A program made the translations under genes and the position numbers. The notes under the pieces are model-generated. The model did not search any database. It saw nothing but the letters and a program-made list of their open reading frames with translations, and had not been told where the DNA came from. This document shows, piece after piece, positions 24,238 to 36,010 of a stretch of 64,000 nt of DNA. Every line of letters begins with the position of its first letter. Positions within the stretch are counted from its first letter, which is position 1. Source of the DNA: Haliotis rufescens. Its lineage: Eukaryota. The DNA lies in assembly GCF_023055435.1 (NCBI RefSeq), contig NW_025964001.1:29078001-29142000 (forward strand), read 5' to 3'.

Positions 24238-24388
24238 TGTAGCAGGACGTGGAGTCATCCCACAGATGACATTCTCACCTTGTCAGCTTGATGACGGGGT
24301 TAACCTCTTTGGTTAACTTTGGACTTCTGATCAGAAGGTCCGTGGTTCGAATCCCATTATGGGACTCGGAAATTTTATGGACGCTACA
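24238..24388 (+). mobile_element. Short TGTAGC...GCTACA-bounded element with a tRNA-like (Arg-TCT-like) segment; possible solo LTR or TRIM
   Basis: 6-bp terminal inverted repeat, flanks TATG/TGTG. GGACTTCTGATC anticodon-like arm and B box GGTTCGAATCCC. Confidence 0.4.
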
Positions 24389-24654
24389 TGTGTAAATCTT
24401 TCTCACAGTTTATGAACAGTGAGATGAGCATGTACTAATAAATGTGTTTATATCGAAAAAATATTTTGGATCAAAGTCTTAATTTAAATAAAATGTATCC
24501 AGATTTTGAACAAATATCTGGTCTCACTACAAATCCCAGCGCCTCACACACACCACACCCTGTATGAATATTTAATTGTCGATTATGTAGAATAACGCAC
24601 ATGCAATGCCGCATAAAAGCTTACCACCGTGTTTCACGGTATCGTTTGAACGTT

Positions 24655-24765
24655 CCACAGTCCCGAATATTCACGTTTTACAGTCCCGTATATTCATCAG
24701 TTACGTATCTTGTGCCATTCACAGTTCGGTATTTTCAACGTTTCACAGTCCCGTATTTTCAGGTT
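24655..24765. repeat. Degenerate minisatellite, ACAGTCCCG.ATATT unit
   Basis: About four imperfect copies. Confidence 0.6.
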
Positions 24766-26969
24766 GTTTCGAAACTGTAAAATTCTATGGTAAATAATAC
24801 AACACATACTTAATGTGCATGAATGTATTTGCCTCATGACAAACGTACAAATAATAAATCCAATCTTTAAGTACAACGCTAATATGCTCACAAAGTAAAA
24901 TCTAACAACGCACATTCGAATCTAATTCAAGAGTTGACTAAGATAGAAATAGAAAACAGGAACGCATATCACTAGACTAACAATAAGTTAGTCCAACATT
25001 TAGTCTCTGAAATCTTATATTACACAATCTCCTTCTTGACTACAAATAACTATGTGAAAGCTTATATCCATGAAATGAAATGTATTTTTACCAACATGGT
25101 TATTCTTTTACCAACAGTGCTATGCGGATATTCGCATTTGAGTAAGAAAGAGCACATTCAAACATTAGATTCTCTTTAAAACTTCATATTAAAAACTGGC
25201 AGATTTTCAATTAAGTAAATGAATTGTTTAATATAAACTTCAAATATTTTTAATATGTATACACATCTAGCTTGACATGTAGAATTTATGTGTTACATCT
25301 AACCTTCATTAATGTATTTTTTTGTATCAATGGAGCGGTATTAACCAGAGACCATATAATAGGTCTATTATATGGTCTCTGTATTAACATAGCGCTTCGC
25401 TTATTTACCAATCCATTTTCACATTTTGGAGGGAAAATAGATATGTTTAAATCATATAAGCTTTCCAGAACTCTCGGTATTTACACCAGTTATTAATCAT
25501 GGGAATAGCTGGAATATTAACGTTTAATTATTTGAATGTTTTCTTTCTAAATCAAAATAGTTTGTAACACTGTAATTAATTACACTGTCTATAGTTGATG
25601 GTAAATAGCTTCAGCAACCATTAAGGTTTTTGTTGAGGACAAATGCTTAATATCTCCTTGATCTTGATAAAACATGCATTCCCTCTTATCATCGCGTTAC
25701 AGAACGAACTGTAATAAATAACACTGTCTTTGAATTGTCTGGCACTCGATAAAAGATCAAAGCAATTCAACGCCGCGTGAGACAAATACCTCGGGATGTT
25801 TATTGTATAATACCACATCCAGATAATGATCTTTTAACGCTTTACGATGACAAAAATTACTCTAGACCGTCCAATACTTCAGCTAACAGATGGTACGTAA
25901 GGGACCACAAAGAATACACATTTGATAGTTGTTGCTCGACTACATCTTTCAGGATCTATTAAATCTTGAGATAAAGTTACGTCATTGCATCAAACAATGC
26001 GAGATTACGTAAAGCCAATATATACTGCTCAAAACAAATAAAAGACCACCCACAATTGGAAGGATGCATGTTGCAATACCTACCAGCCTTGACAAATTAA
26101 CGATAGTCATATGAAGCAATAGGGTGTTCTTTAACGTCTTGTGAGTAGCATATAGTTATGTGCAGTAGTTAGTGATATGCTAGTCCTGCGCCATGAATGA
26201 GGAATTAACATATATAGATACTAAAACCTTGGCAAGTCTAGATCAAACGGCAGAAGAGGAAAAGTTCTTTTGAAGAACAAACTTACACTTATTTTAAAGA
26301 AATGTTTTCAAAGACTTATTGTTAGTCCGGCACCATGACCGTGGGATATATTTATTTTATGAAAAACAAAACCCATACAAAAGCAAGTCTAGCCAGCTCA
26401 AGCTAGCTCTAGCATAGGGATTTGTTTGGTACAAATTACTATGTTAAAGCTTATATATATGAACGTAACAAGAAATTATAATATTTCATGTATCAATTAC
26501 ATGCATGAATCATGTCTATATTTGTCTTGTAAGTTTAAAGAAGTATTTGGCTTTTCTTGTCAAATAAAATGCTTATCTTATCAAGCGAATTGCTATTTAC
26601 TTAATGGCGCAGCCTCGAGTATATGTATACTTTGTCATCTCATGCAATAAACATCATGTGATTGTTTATCATTTAGTTTTTAATGCATACTGAAAGAAGT
26701 TCCCGCAGTTTTATCACTCGGGCGAGATATCGTTTTTATGCTTTCAGATAACATCAGTATTCGCTGCTAATTGCATAAGGTATTAGCATTTATATTTCCA
26801 GCCACATTGGGTCAACGCGATACTGTATTGATTGATTGTTCATGACGTTGTCTATCTTCCAGTGAGTGTTAACATTGCGTTTTTACAGTAAATATATATA
26901 TGACTGTAGATGCTATTTACAGTTGTTAAAGCAAATACTTTTCACACAATGCTCACCCATTTGCTTATG

Positions 26970-27131
26970 GAGCGGTCGGGTAGACTTGTGGTTAAAGCGT
27001 TCGCTCGTCACGCCGAAGACCCGGGTTCGATTCCCCACATGGGTACAATGTGTGAAGCCTATGTCTTGTATCCCCCGTCCTGACATTACTGGAGTACTGC
27101 TAAAGGCGGCGTAAATTCCAATTCACTCACT
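26970..27131 (+). mobile_element. SINE family 1, full length
   Basis: A and B boxes. TSD CCATTTGCT(T/G)ATG (26957-26969, 27132-27144). Confidence 0.93.
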
Positions 27132-27340
27132 CCATTTGCTGATGAAGTATTTAATGGGGACTTTAACACTGGAAGAACATGGAAACAAGATTGCATGGAT
27201 ATTGTTGCATACCGTACGTGATATAAACGACTCCAGATAAGTTAGCATCTATTGATGCATGTTTCCGATGCGGTTATATTCCTTTTTTCTAAACAGTACA
27301 CGCATCACGTTTTTCCGTCACTAGAGAACGATATAATGAA

Positions 27341-27458
27341 ACAAAGTAGACACAATTTATGGATAACAACATATTTAAGCAAGGTCTGAGGGTCTATACC
27401 GAAACGTCGCCTTTACAGTATTAAAGAAGTTGTTATCCATAAATTGTGTCCACTTTGT
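27341..27458 (+). mobile_element. Penelope-like terminal-repeat remnant with 30-bp inverted repeat and degenerate hammerhead core
   Basis: ACAAAGTAGACACAATTTATGGATAACAAC ... GTTGTTATCCATAAATTGTGTCCACTTTGT enclosing CTGAG-GG-TCTATA-CC-GAAACGTCG. Confidence 0.5.
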
Positions 27459-27898
27459 CATCCGCCAACTACTAAGTAATGCCTATCAAACAGATATAAT
27501 ATAAAACAGAACGATTTAAGATTTAGGTCTGTTTTGTAGGCATGGTAACCAAGTTGTCTAGGTCGATGAAGTATGCTGCACAGAGTGTCCTTCTAGGGCG
27601 TGCCTGAAACCTAATGTCGTGAGTTCGATTACCAGATTCGCTCCAAATATGATTCCCGGTTGATCAGCACCAGACCTGTGCGCTCGGGAATCATCGTATT
27701 GTAAATTGTTTAAAACCTACGTCACTTCCCGCTTTCTTCTCATAAATCGTCACGCCGTGATATAACTGATATACTGTTCATATTGGCGTTAACCAGACCC
27801 ACTTACTAAACCGTTAGATGTTTCCTCCCATCCTGTAAGACAGTTTCCCGCTCAACAAGAACTGTTTCATTTTGTCCTTCTGTACCTATGCTGGATCA

Positions 27899-28196
27899 CA
27901 CCCGTGAAGATCCGCCGTAGAATAGGTCTTCAGCAACCCATGCTTGCCGTGAAGATCCGCCGTAGAATAGGTCTTCAGCAACCCATGCTTGCCGAAAAAG
28001 GCGACTTCGCTTGTCGTAAGATGCGACAAATGGGATCGGGTGGTCATGCTCGCTGACATGGTTGAAGCATATCATCATATCCTAATTGCGTGGATCGATG
28101 CTCAATCACTTTATTGTCTGGTCCAGACTCGATTATTTACAGAACGCCGTCACATTGCTGCAGTATTGCTGAGTGCGGCGTTAAACAACAAACAAA
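27899..28196 (+). mobile_element. SINE family 2 with a 45-bp tandem duplication of its 5' end
   Basis: 13-bp TSD CTATGCTGGATCA (27886-27898, 28197-28209). 27902-27946 is repeated at 27947-27991. Confidence 0.92.
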
Positions 28197-28263
28197 CTAT
28201 GCTGGATCATGTGGTCATGCTCTGTGACTTGACTGATTGCGAGTCATCGTGCTTCGATGGCAT

Positions 28264-28429
28264 GGGGGCGGTCGTGTAGCCTAGTGGTTAAAGCGTTCGC
28301 TCGTCACGCCGAAGACCCGGGTTCGATTCCCCACATGGTTACAATGTGTGAAGCCTATGTCTGGTGTCCCCCGCCGTGATATTGCCGGAATATTGCTTAA
28401 GCGGTGTAAAACCATACTCACTCACTCAC
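28264..28429 (+). mobile_element. SINE family 1, full length
   Basis: A and B boxes, (ACTC)n tail. TSD CGATGGCAT (28255-28263, 28430-28438). Confidence 0.95.
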
Positions 28430-29042
28430 CGATGGCATCGATCGTTGCTCTTGTTGGTAACGGGTTTGCCAAATCCATACCCGTGCAATTACAAGCCACC
28501 TTGATATAGGTAGAGTATTTTTGAATACCAATTGTCTACATACCAGCTGTGACAGCGTACATAAATAAGTATGGTTTTAGGGACAAAACTACCATACTTT
28601 TGTATAGACACAAAAAGTAGAAATTACACCAACTTGTAAATCAATAAGTTTATGGGCAACTGGTTATAATTATGGTTTATCAATGACAGTGGAGACATGT
28701 GTCACGTGTTTTTGATGTGTTTTCGATATTGATCTGAAATGTACTGCCGCGTTCCGGCAGCTTTAGGTTATTAAAGGATGACTTTGATGTCTATTAAGTC
28801 AATTAGTTTTGAAATATGAGTCTGTATTATTAAGTTCACATTTTTGGATTTAACCCCTTCTCATTCGTTTAAGCTTGATTGATGGGATTTAAGAAAATGT
28901 TTAACAAGAATAAAATATATACTCCAGATCAAAGTTCACTGGAAGTTCAAGGAATGAGGTGTTAATATATTTTTTTTAATTACTTAAATCACGGACCTAC
29001 ATAACCTATATAAATAGGTTATGTAAGTCCCTGCTTAAATTG

Positions 29043-29260
29043 GGAATTTAACGTGCGCTTTCCGACATATGCATATTTTGCGCACGGGCCCGCCAGGCCA
29101 TTCGGTGATTGGTCGAAAAGGGGATATCAGAAAAGGTGAGGCAACAGAGGGGGGCTTTTAGGATTGCTTACTTAATTTGGAGAGCAAATTTGGAATTTTG
29201 AAACATACAATAACTTGCGAATGGCCAGAGTTTTATGGTAGCGGGATGAGAAGGGATGTA
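29043..29260 (-). mobile_element. I/Nimb-like LINE 3' UTR fragment
   Basis: TTTAACGTGCGCTTTCCGAC..GGGCCCGCCAGGCCATT matches 46710-46770. Confidence 0.75.
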
Positions 29261-30302
29261 TTATTTTGTTGCCTCCCACAAAACTCAAAAAGAATATTTT
29301 CCTATTACATAATCTGATTTATAACAATTGGGCTATAACAATCCTTTCAGGGACGGTTAATTACGGACGAGGGCTACCATTACCCTGGCATCAATGATGT
29401 CATAAAAGACCTGCACGTAAGCATCATTTACCATCTGTCGTTAAATTCAAAGAAGGACCGCCAATAGCGATGAATACAAGACAAAAAGCTAATCCCGGGC
29501 AGCCCCTCCACCCCTAACGTGACATTTTGTGTAAATTAGTCGTAATTGAATTTCCCCCTTAATCCACGGTTGGACTCCTCTGTCCCGACCAATGTCCCCT
29601 GGGGTCAGATGGTCGGTCAGTTGTGACACATGATGATAATGTCCAGGTAAGGTGTACATCCTGTTATTAATTCGTTCGACGCATGAATAGCCACTTGTAT
29701 CAGCAAAAATAGAACTCAGGTGAAAGATGGCCCTTGTTAATGTAATCAGGGACATGGCGTCTCGGAGGTCTATAGTTCAAAGTGTGGCGGGTGCTATTAT
29801 TGGAACAATACCTCCTTTTTAATCTCTGAATTAGCAAAGTAATGAAGTTTTTATTGCCCTTACTTCTTTTGTTGAAATAATCATCTCCAGATAAGATGAA
29901 CATTAAATGTATTGCTGCATATTCGTGAAAGCGAGACGAACATTTACCTCCTAAAATGTAAATATTTAATATTGTTTAGATGAAATTTTTTTTTAATACA
30001 TGATAGTAAGGATCTTAAAGAATTGCGTCAGTTTGTAGGCTTGACAGGGTGTTTCAGACTTGCTTGGTAGTTTTCGAATAGTTTGTTTAAGGGTCTGTAT
30101 AAGAGATAACTTTAAAATGAAATTACCTCACTACATTTGAAACCATGTATTTCTGGTTCAACCAAGTAAAAAGCAACAAAAATCGTTTCCATTGTCATAA
30201 GAAATCTCTAATAAGTTCATTGTACGATTCCGGCTATATCATATTCATGTATGTATGCATCACTATGAAATAACAGACACCAAGTGTTCGTGTTTTTTAA
30301 AA

Positions 30303-30305
<3 letters not shown>

Positions 30306-30352
<47 letters not shown>
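30306..30352. repeat. (TTA)n microsatellite
   Basis: About 15 direct copies. Confidence 0.95.
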
Positions 30353-30353
<1 letters not shown>

Positions 30354-30687
30354 ATAAAGGTATATTGCCTATGTGGTTTTAGACATGTCTTCAAAATCGT
30401 ATTGATGTAAGATTATTGTTAAACGAAAGAAAACAAAAGCGCCAGTGTCTGGGGGGTTATTTCAAGGCACATCTATAAACAGTGTACATCATAAGATGAT
30501 AGATGATCCGATAATAGCTCGCACCCCAGCCGAGTAAATATCTTGGGGGTATTGTTTATCTCCTCCCACTGACAAGCGACGCCCTGGGGCGAGACGGTGC
30601 TCCGTGTCAATTCGGTAATCGCTTGACACATTGGCTCTCCTCGCGTTATAATTAACGGCGTCGCGTTTCTCATTATATCAACTCACG

Positions 30688-30768
30688 TCTGATTGGTTGT
30701 TTAGGATAAGTGTCGTGTGATGTGATTGGCCCATGTAAAGAGTCACGCTACTGACAGGCCTATATGTC
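30688..30768 (+). promoter_or_regulatory. Promoter of D: two inverted CCAAT boxes and a weak TATA
   Basis: ATTGG at 30692 and 30725 (33 bp apart, as in C). CCTATATG at ~30759. Confidence 0.6.
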
Positions 30769-30814
30769 CTTGGTGAAACGATCTGAGGCATTATTCCCAT
30801 GTGTCACCTTCACT

Positions 30815-31628
30815 ATGTTGGACGTACCTACTCATCTCCTCCAAACTCTAAGTATCAACACCAACATCACCTACGATCTGGATATGTCCAAGTTCCCAGG
30901 TCTGGATGACCCACAACATATGTACCAGCCTGCTCTGTTGATAGCCACTGACTGGAGCGACTACGTCTACCATGACGCACCGTGTGTCACACATGACGCA
31001 AACAGTGTTTCAAGTTCCCATGAATCGGACGGTGTCTTAGAAAGCGATTTATACTCTCTTATAGGTATGTATACATTGTCACCAGAATCTGAACGTAAAA
31101 GTAACGGATATTGAAAGGATCTTTACGTTTTTTACATTATTCATTTTTCATGTGCTTATGCATATAATTTTGAAAATGATCCTATAGTGAACAAATTTAC
31201 TTATGAACTGCTCTTTTTTTCTTACAGAATCAACTGATGCCTTGCTGACAGACCAAGGTTTCGCTGTCGACGACATTACTATGCAGACACTCCTCGATGA
31301 CGTCCTTGCAGATTCAGTGATACCAAGTGACATATTTGGATTAATTGACTTGGATACTGACAGTCAAAGTTCCTTGTCAACAAGTGATTCTCCACAAACA
31401 GACCATACAACCCCCAACATTGGATTAACCTGTTCCCCGGACATGGAAGAATTACTCCCTGTTAGAACTTGCGGTAGAGGTCAAAAGCGACGTCTCTCCG
31501 ATGACGCCTGTTACCCGGATGTTGAAAAAAGATCAAAGATGATGGAGTCATTCACGCAAGCGTTACCTTATTTGGTAGTGAATTTGTGCCACGAATCCAA
31601 GAATGGTGGAATTGGCAGAGAGTCATAG
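30815..31628 (+). CDS. Paralogue D, join(30815..31064, 31228..31628), ~216 aa
   Basis: MLDVPTHLLQTLSINTNITYDLDMSKFPGLDDPQHMYQPALLIATDWSDY. ATAG|GTATGT and TTACAG|AA join in frame. Contains MQTLLDDVL and RGQKRR..KRSK; ends SKNGGIGRES*. AATAAA at 32063. Confidence 0.9.
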
Positions 31629-31715
31629 ACTTACAATCACAAGTGACAAACCAGTTCCATTATCATAAGATCAATGCTGAGTCCCTGATGCTGTACCGAC
31701 TATCAGTATATCATA

Positions 31716-31906
31716 AGCATGTGTTAATGAATCACTATCAAATAGTGCTGTGAAATGCGAACACCCAGTATTGTATTGCACGCGGAACAGTCAGTATAGT
31801 ATTAATGCGAACAATGACTATTAGTACATCATTAGCATGTGTTTATGAATCACTATCAAATAGTGACGTGAAATGCGAACACCCAGTGTTGTATTGCATG
31901 CGGACA
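31716..31906 (+). repeat. ~73-bp direct duplication in the 3' UTR of D, starting with a dispersed repeat motif
   Basis: 31716-31789 vs 31834-31906. The AGCATGTGTT.ATGAATCACTATCAAATAGT motif also occurs at ~10275, ~12240 and reversed at ~59845. Confidence 0.75.
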
Positions 31907-32270
31907 AGGATGAATGAAGCATTCAGATAGATGAAGCCATGTAGCTTCTTGTGCAATACCCAAAAGGGATTTTTTAGAGATGTTATTTACATAATACGAG
32001 GACTTATGGTGCCATACATATTGTTACATATTTACATTTGTTGATTTGATTTATTGTTTTCAAATAAACCCTATTTCTTAAAAATATGTTGTGTTTTTCT
32101 CACAGTTGTTATGCGTGTTCCAACGAGAAAGGTGCAGGAAAGTAAACATTTTAAAACACTGGCCTTAAAAGCGGTGCCCCTATTGATAGTTTCCATACAT
32201 TTAAAAAACTTGCTACAGCTCGTTTCGAAAATGGATGTCTGTTAGTGGCCCAAGGGCATTCAATGTCTGA

Positions 32271-32538
32271 GTTTCGTTTAACGCCGCTTTTAACAGTATT
32301 CCAGTTATATCACGGCGTGTCAGCTTAATGTGGGAGGAAAGCCCGAAGTGATGCAGGTCTCAGGAGTTTACCACTTCGGTGAAACCCACGAGCATGGGTA
32401 TAGTGCTGACAAACCTAGAAACATAATCGGGGCGAACCGGGATTCGAACCCACAATCATAGGTTTCTGGCGTGCCCAAGGGACGCAACTCTGCACAGCGA
32501 ATCGCGGCGCCTTAGACGACTGGGCCACCTGTGCCCCC
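32271..32538 (-). mobile_element. tRNA-derived SINE family 3, full length, with V-domain-like core
   Basis: A box GTGGCCCAGTCG, B box GGTTCGAATCCC, core GTGGGTTTC...TTCCTCCCAC, shared tail GGAATACTGTTAAAAGCGGCGTTAAAC. TSD TTCA(A/C)TGTCTGA. Confidence 0.85.
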
Positions 32539-32624
32539 TTCACTGTCTGAAGTACACGTTTCTTTATGCGTTCCATCATAACATAGAAACTAACAACTGA
32601 GATTATTTGAAATTTATACTGGTG

Positions 32625-32843
32625 GGTTTTATGTTTAACGCCTCACTCGGATACGTGACGGCGGTCTGTAAATAATCGAGTCTGGACCTGACAATCCAGG
32701 AATTCACATTAGGAACATCGATGTACACATATGGGATACGAAAACATGCAGCTTTAACCAAGTCAGCGAGCTTCACCGCCCGACTCTGTTACTCGCCTCT
32801 TTACGACAAGCATTAGTGACTGAAGACCTATTCTACCCCGGAT
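32625..32843 (-). mobile_element. SINE family 2, degenerate
   Basis: Reverse match to 7868-8105. Confidence 0.85.
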
Positions 32844-33022
32844 GAGTGGACGGGGCGTATCAGTCAGTATTTCTAATTGATAGACATTACGTAACCCAAG
32901 GGATTAAAACCGTCGAATCCCCGAAAAGAACAGTGACACCTTTAGTTCTACACAGCATGTGCTACATGCTTCCATACACACATGATATATAAAAGCGACA
33001 GAACCCTTTCCATATTCATAAG

Positions 33023-33234
33023 TTTTTTGTTTGTTTTTTTAACGCCGCACTCAGCAATATTCCAGCTATGTGGCGGCGGTCCGTAAATAATCGAGTCTCG
33101 ACCAGACAAATCAGTGATTGATATCGTGAGCATCGATCCACGGAATTGGGATACGATTACATGCATCAACCAAGTTAGCGAGCCTGTCCACCCGATCCCG
33201 TTAGTCGCCTCTTACGACAAGCATAGTCGCCTTT
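33023..33234 (-). mobile_element. SINE family 2, 5'-truncated
   Basis: Reverse match to 7910-8126. Confidence 0.9.
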
Positions 33235-33239
33235 ACATA

Positions 33240-33620
33240 TGGTAGTCAAAATAGGGAATTGCATCGGACATATATTTATCACTGATGCGTCAAATTTAAA
33301 AATGCTTTCCACATATCTACCATAGAACCTTGAATGTTGTAACCATTCTTGAGAGTAGTATGACGCTCTTTGAAATCTTGGTAGAAAGAGCATGCTCGAT
33401 TGTACCTCAAAAAATGTGAAATGGTAGGCACCAAGGGATGGAGCTGCAGTAATATTGCTCCACATAAAGGGAAAGTTGACCATTGGAAAGTTGAAGTCAT
33501 CCCTCTTGTGGAGAGGTTTTTGTCCCTCTGAATCTTTATGCATACATGTAGATCTAAATATGAATCAGATGAGTCGGTCTCACTATTGCAAACCAGTTTA
33601 CCAAACATCTTTTAGCGCTG
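33240..33620 (-). mobile_element. Penelope-like RT C-terminal fragment
   Basis: SYLDLH...KRDDFNFPMVNFPFMWSNI..P / ISHFLRYNRACSFYQDFKER / FYGRY spread across frameshifts. Confidence 0.8.
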
Positions 33621-34503
33621 TCGCATGCCAGAAACTAGTCCTGCACCATGACCGTGGAATATATTTATTTTATGAAAAAAAATAATCTAGAAATGCATAC
33701 AAAAGCAAGTCTAGGCAGCTCAAGCTAGCTCTATTCCTGAAATCAGCATAGGGATTTTTTTGATTTTTTTAGAGTCAAGAAGGATATTGTGTAATATAAG
33801 ATTTCAGAGACTAAATGTTAGTCTAGCCAGAAACCTATAATTGTGGTTATTGTTATGCCTCTAGGTTTGCCAGCACCATATCTGCGATCAAAACTGGCAA
33901 ACGCCTAAGACTTCCATCACTTAGGTTTTTCTCTCAGATCACGCTGACACGCCGTGATACAACTGGAATACTGTTCATAGGGGCTTTTAACCAAACTCAT
34001 ACTGCAGTATCGCTCGTCAACATGATGCGCGAAGCTATCCCATTCTGTGGCGCTTTCACACCTCCTTTCTCGCTAGCACTTTCTTTTGACTGAAATTGTG
34101 TCAATGGCGGTGACTCCAGTTGAGCAGAACAAGCTTACAGCTTTCTCGAACACCTGGCGTCTTCGTTGATTTTCTGCAATCCATTCATATAATTGGCACC
34201 ACTAAATTATCTCTTATCTAAATTATCCTGGCTCAATTAACTTGACTGATTGCTTTGTAACACATAGATATGCCTATATGTGCTACTAAATATGTCAAAA
34301 AGATGCAAGGAGATGATATGTCAAATAACATTTGAAACATGTTGTTGTAGTTGAAGGAATCCTATGCAGTAAGTGTGTCAATGAGTCGTACGCCGTTTCG
34401 AAATTTCGAAACCATAATCTTATTATACAGAAAAAAGTAGATAAGTATCACATACTGCTAAATACGGTAAAACGGTTTGATGCCTTAAACTTCATGCAAT
34501 ATA

Positions 34504-34639
34504 NNNNNNNNNNNNNNNNNNNNNNNNNNNNNNNNNNNNNNNNNNNNNNNNNNNNNNNNNNNNNNNNNNNNNNNNNNNNNNNNNNNNNNNNNNNNNNNNN
34601 NNNNNNNNNNNNNNNNNNNNNNNNNNNNNNNNNNNNNNN
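34504..34639. other. Assembly gap
   Basis: Run of N. Confidence 1.
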
Positions 34640-34644
34640 TCCCA

Positions 34645-35500
34645 TAGTTTCTTACAGATCATAAGCTTACATCTTATCAAACACCCCAAACCATTCTCGT
34701 CCCTACTCTCTAATCCCGAAAACCGTAGATCAAGTAGATGGTACTTGTTGTTGCCCTGCCTGGTTCTCGACAAGGGGTACAAAGCAACCTCATATCACGT
34801 GTACAGCTCTGAAATGAGAGACTTGAGACCTTAGAGAGAGAGAGAGTTGGTGTTTTCAGGTGCGCTTTCCGACTTTAGGCGTTTTTCGCACACGGGGCGC
34901 CAGGCCAATTAGTGGTTTTGCCGAGGAGAGTATGTATCCTGGGGGATTTAAGGGTTGCTTATTTAATTTTGGGGAAATTTGGAATTTTGAAGAGATATAG
35001 GTGCTATAGGTGGGGAAACTAATGTAGTTTGTGTGGTTGTGTTTATTTATTTATTTTAAATTATAGTTGTAGGGTTTTTCAAGGGTTTTAGCATGGTGGT
35101 AGCCTGTTTTAATTAGGAAAATGCCTAATGCTTTCAAGTTTTATAGGTCGTTTAAAGGGTTTAGAAGCATTACATGACACATTGGGTTGTTACAATTTAT
35201 TGTGGTTTTGAGGGTTGTTCTGTGTTGTTGTTAGTGTGTGAAGTGTAATAGTGCGTGTTCAGGTGTTTATTTTTGTAGGTGTTTTAAATATTTTTTATAT
35301 TTCCTTTAGGGGTTTTAGCATAGTATGGAATGATTTTTTGTAAGATGTGGCTTAGTAGGCCTGTTTTAATCAGAAAAAATGCCTAATGCCTTAAAGTTTT
35401 GTAGGTCGTTTTGTGGCTTTAGAAGTGTTGCCAGAGACATTTGATAGAGTTTATTGTGGATTTGATGGTTGTTCTGTGTTGTTCTGGGTGTGCAGTGTAA
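34645..35500 (-). mobile_element. Composite repeat plus I/Nimb-like LINE fragment, with internal duplication
   Basis: Collinear with 22827-23500. ~35085-35250 is repeated at ~35310-35500. Confidence 0.7.
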
Positions 35501-35529
35501 CCGCGGAGTTCCATATATACGCTCTCTCG

Positions 35530-36010
35530 TTTATCAGTTCAGTTCAGTTTATTATTCTCCAAACCACCGTCGGTGGTACAAAAGAGTACAAAAGTACAAG
35601 CATGTAAACAAAGTATTAATATGTGACAAGATGACAGTATGTCATGCATGAATATGTTATATCTTTTCTGTTTTGTGTTTTCTTACTGCTTTAAATATTT
35701 CATCAATATATCTCGATAGGTTTTTAAGATACCTCGTGTTTTGACTGGATAATAACCTCTTGAATGTATATAAATTAGACCAATTATCTTGGTAAGCAGT
35801 TGGTAAGTATACACTTCTATGTTTTGACAGAGGCTGGCATCTAAACAGATAATGGAATTCGTCTGCAACTGAAGGAGAGTTGCACAGTTCACATACACGA
35901 TCCTCTTTCTTTACATTATTCCAACGGCCGGTTTCAATAGGTAAATTATGGTTACATGTTCTAAATTTTAAGATTGGAATATACATATTTTTATCGATGT
36001 AGTGGTTCTT
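35530..36010 (-). mobile_element. RTE-X-like LINE 3' fragment
   Basis: KFRTCNHNLPIETGRW..EDRVCELC..ADEFHYLFRC. AATAAA followed by a (CTGAA)n tail. Confidence 0.85.

Noticed and set aside
27902-27991. 45-bp direct repeat as a CRISPR-like array
   Set aside because: Two adjacent copies with no spacer, inside a SINE in a eukaryotic genome.
28264-28340. Possible tRNA genes at SINE heads
   Set aside because: No proper acceptor stem; each is followed by a SINE body, tail and TSD.
30764-30814. Upstream in-frame starts in the ORF track (30764, 43624, 21322, 54174, 60745)
   Set aside because: They overlap or precede the TATA/Inr region, or are non-ATG starts. The homologous ATG just before the module is preferred.
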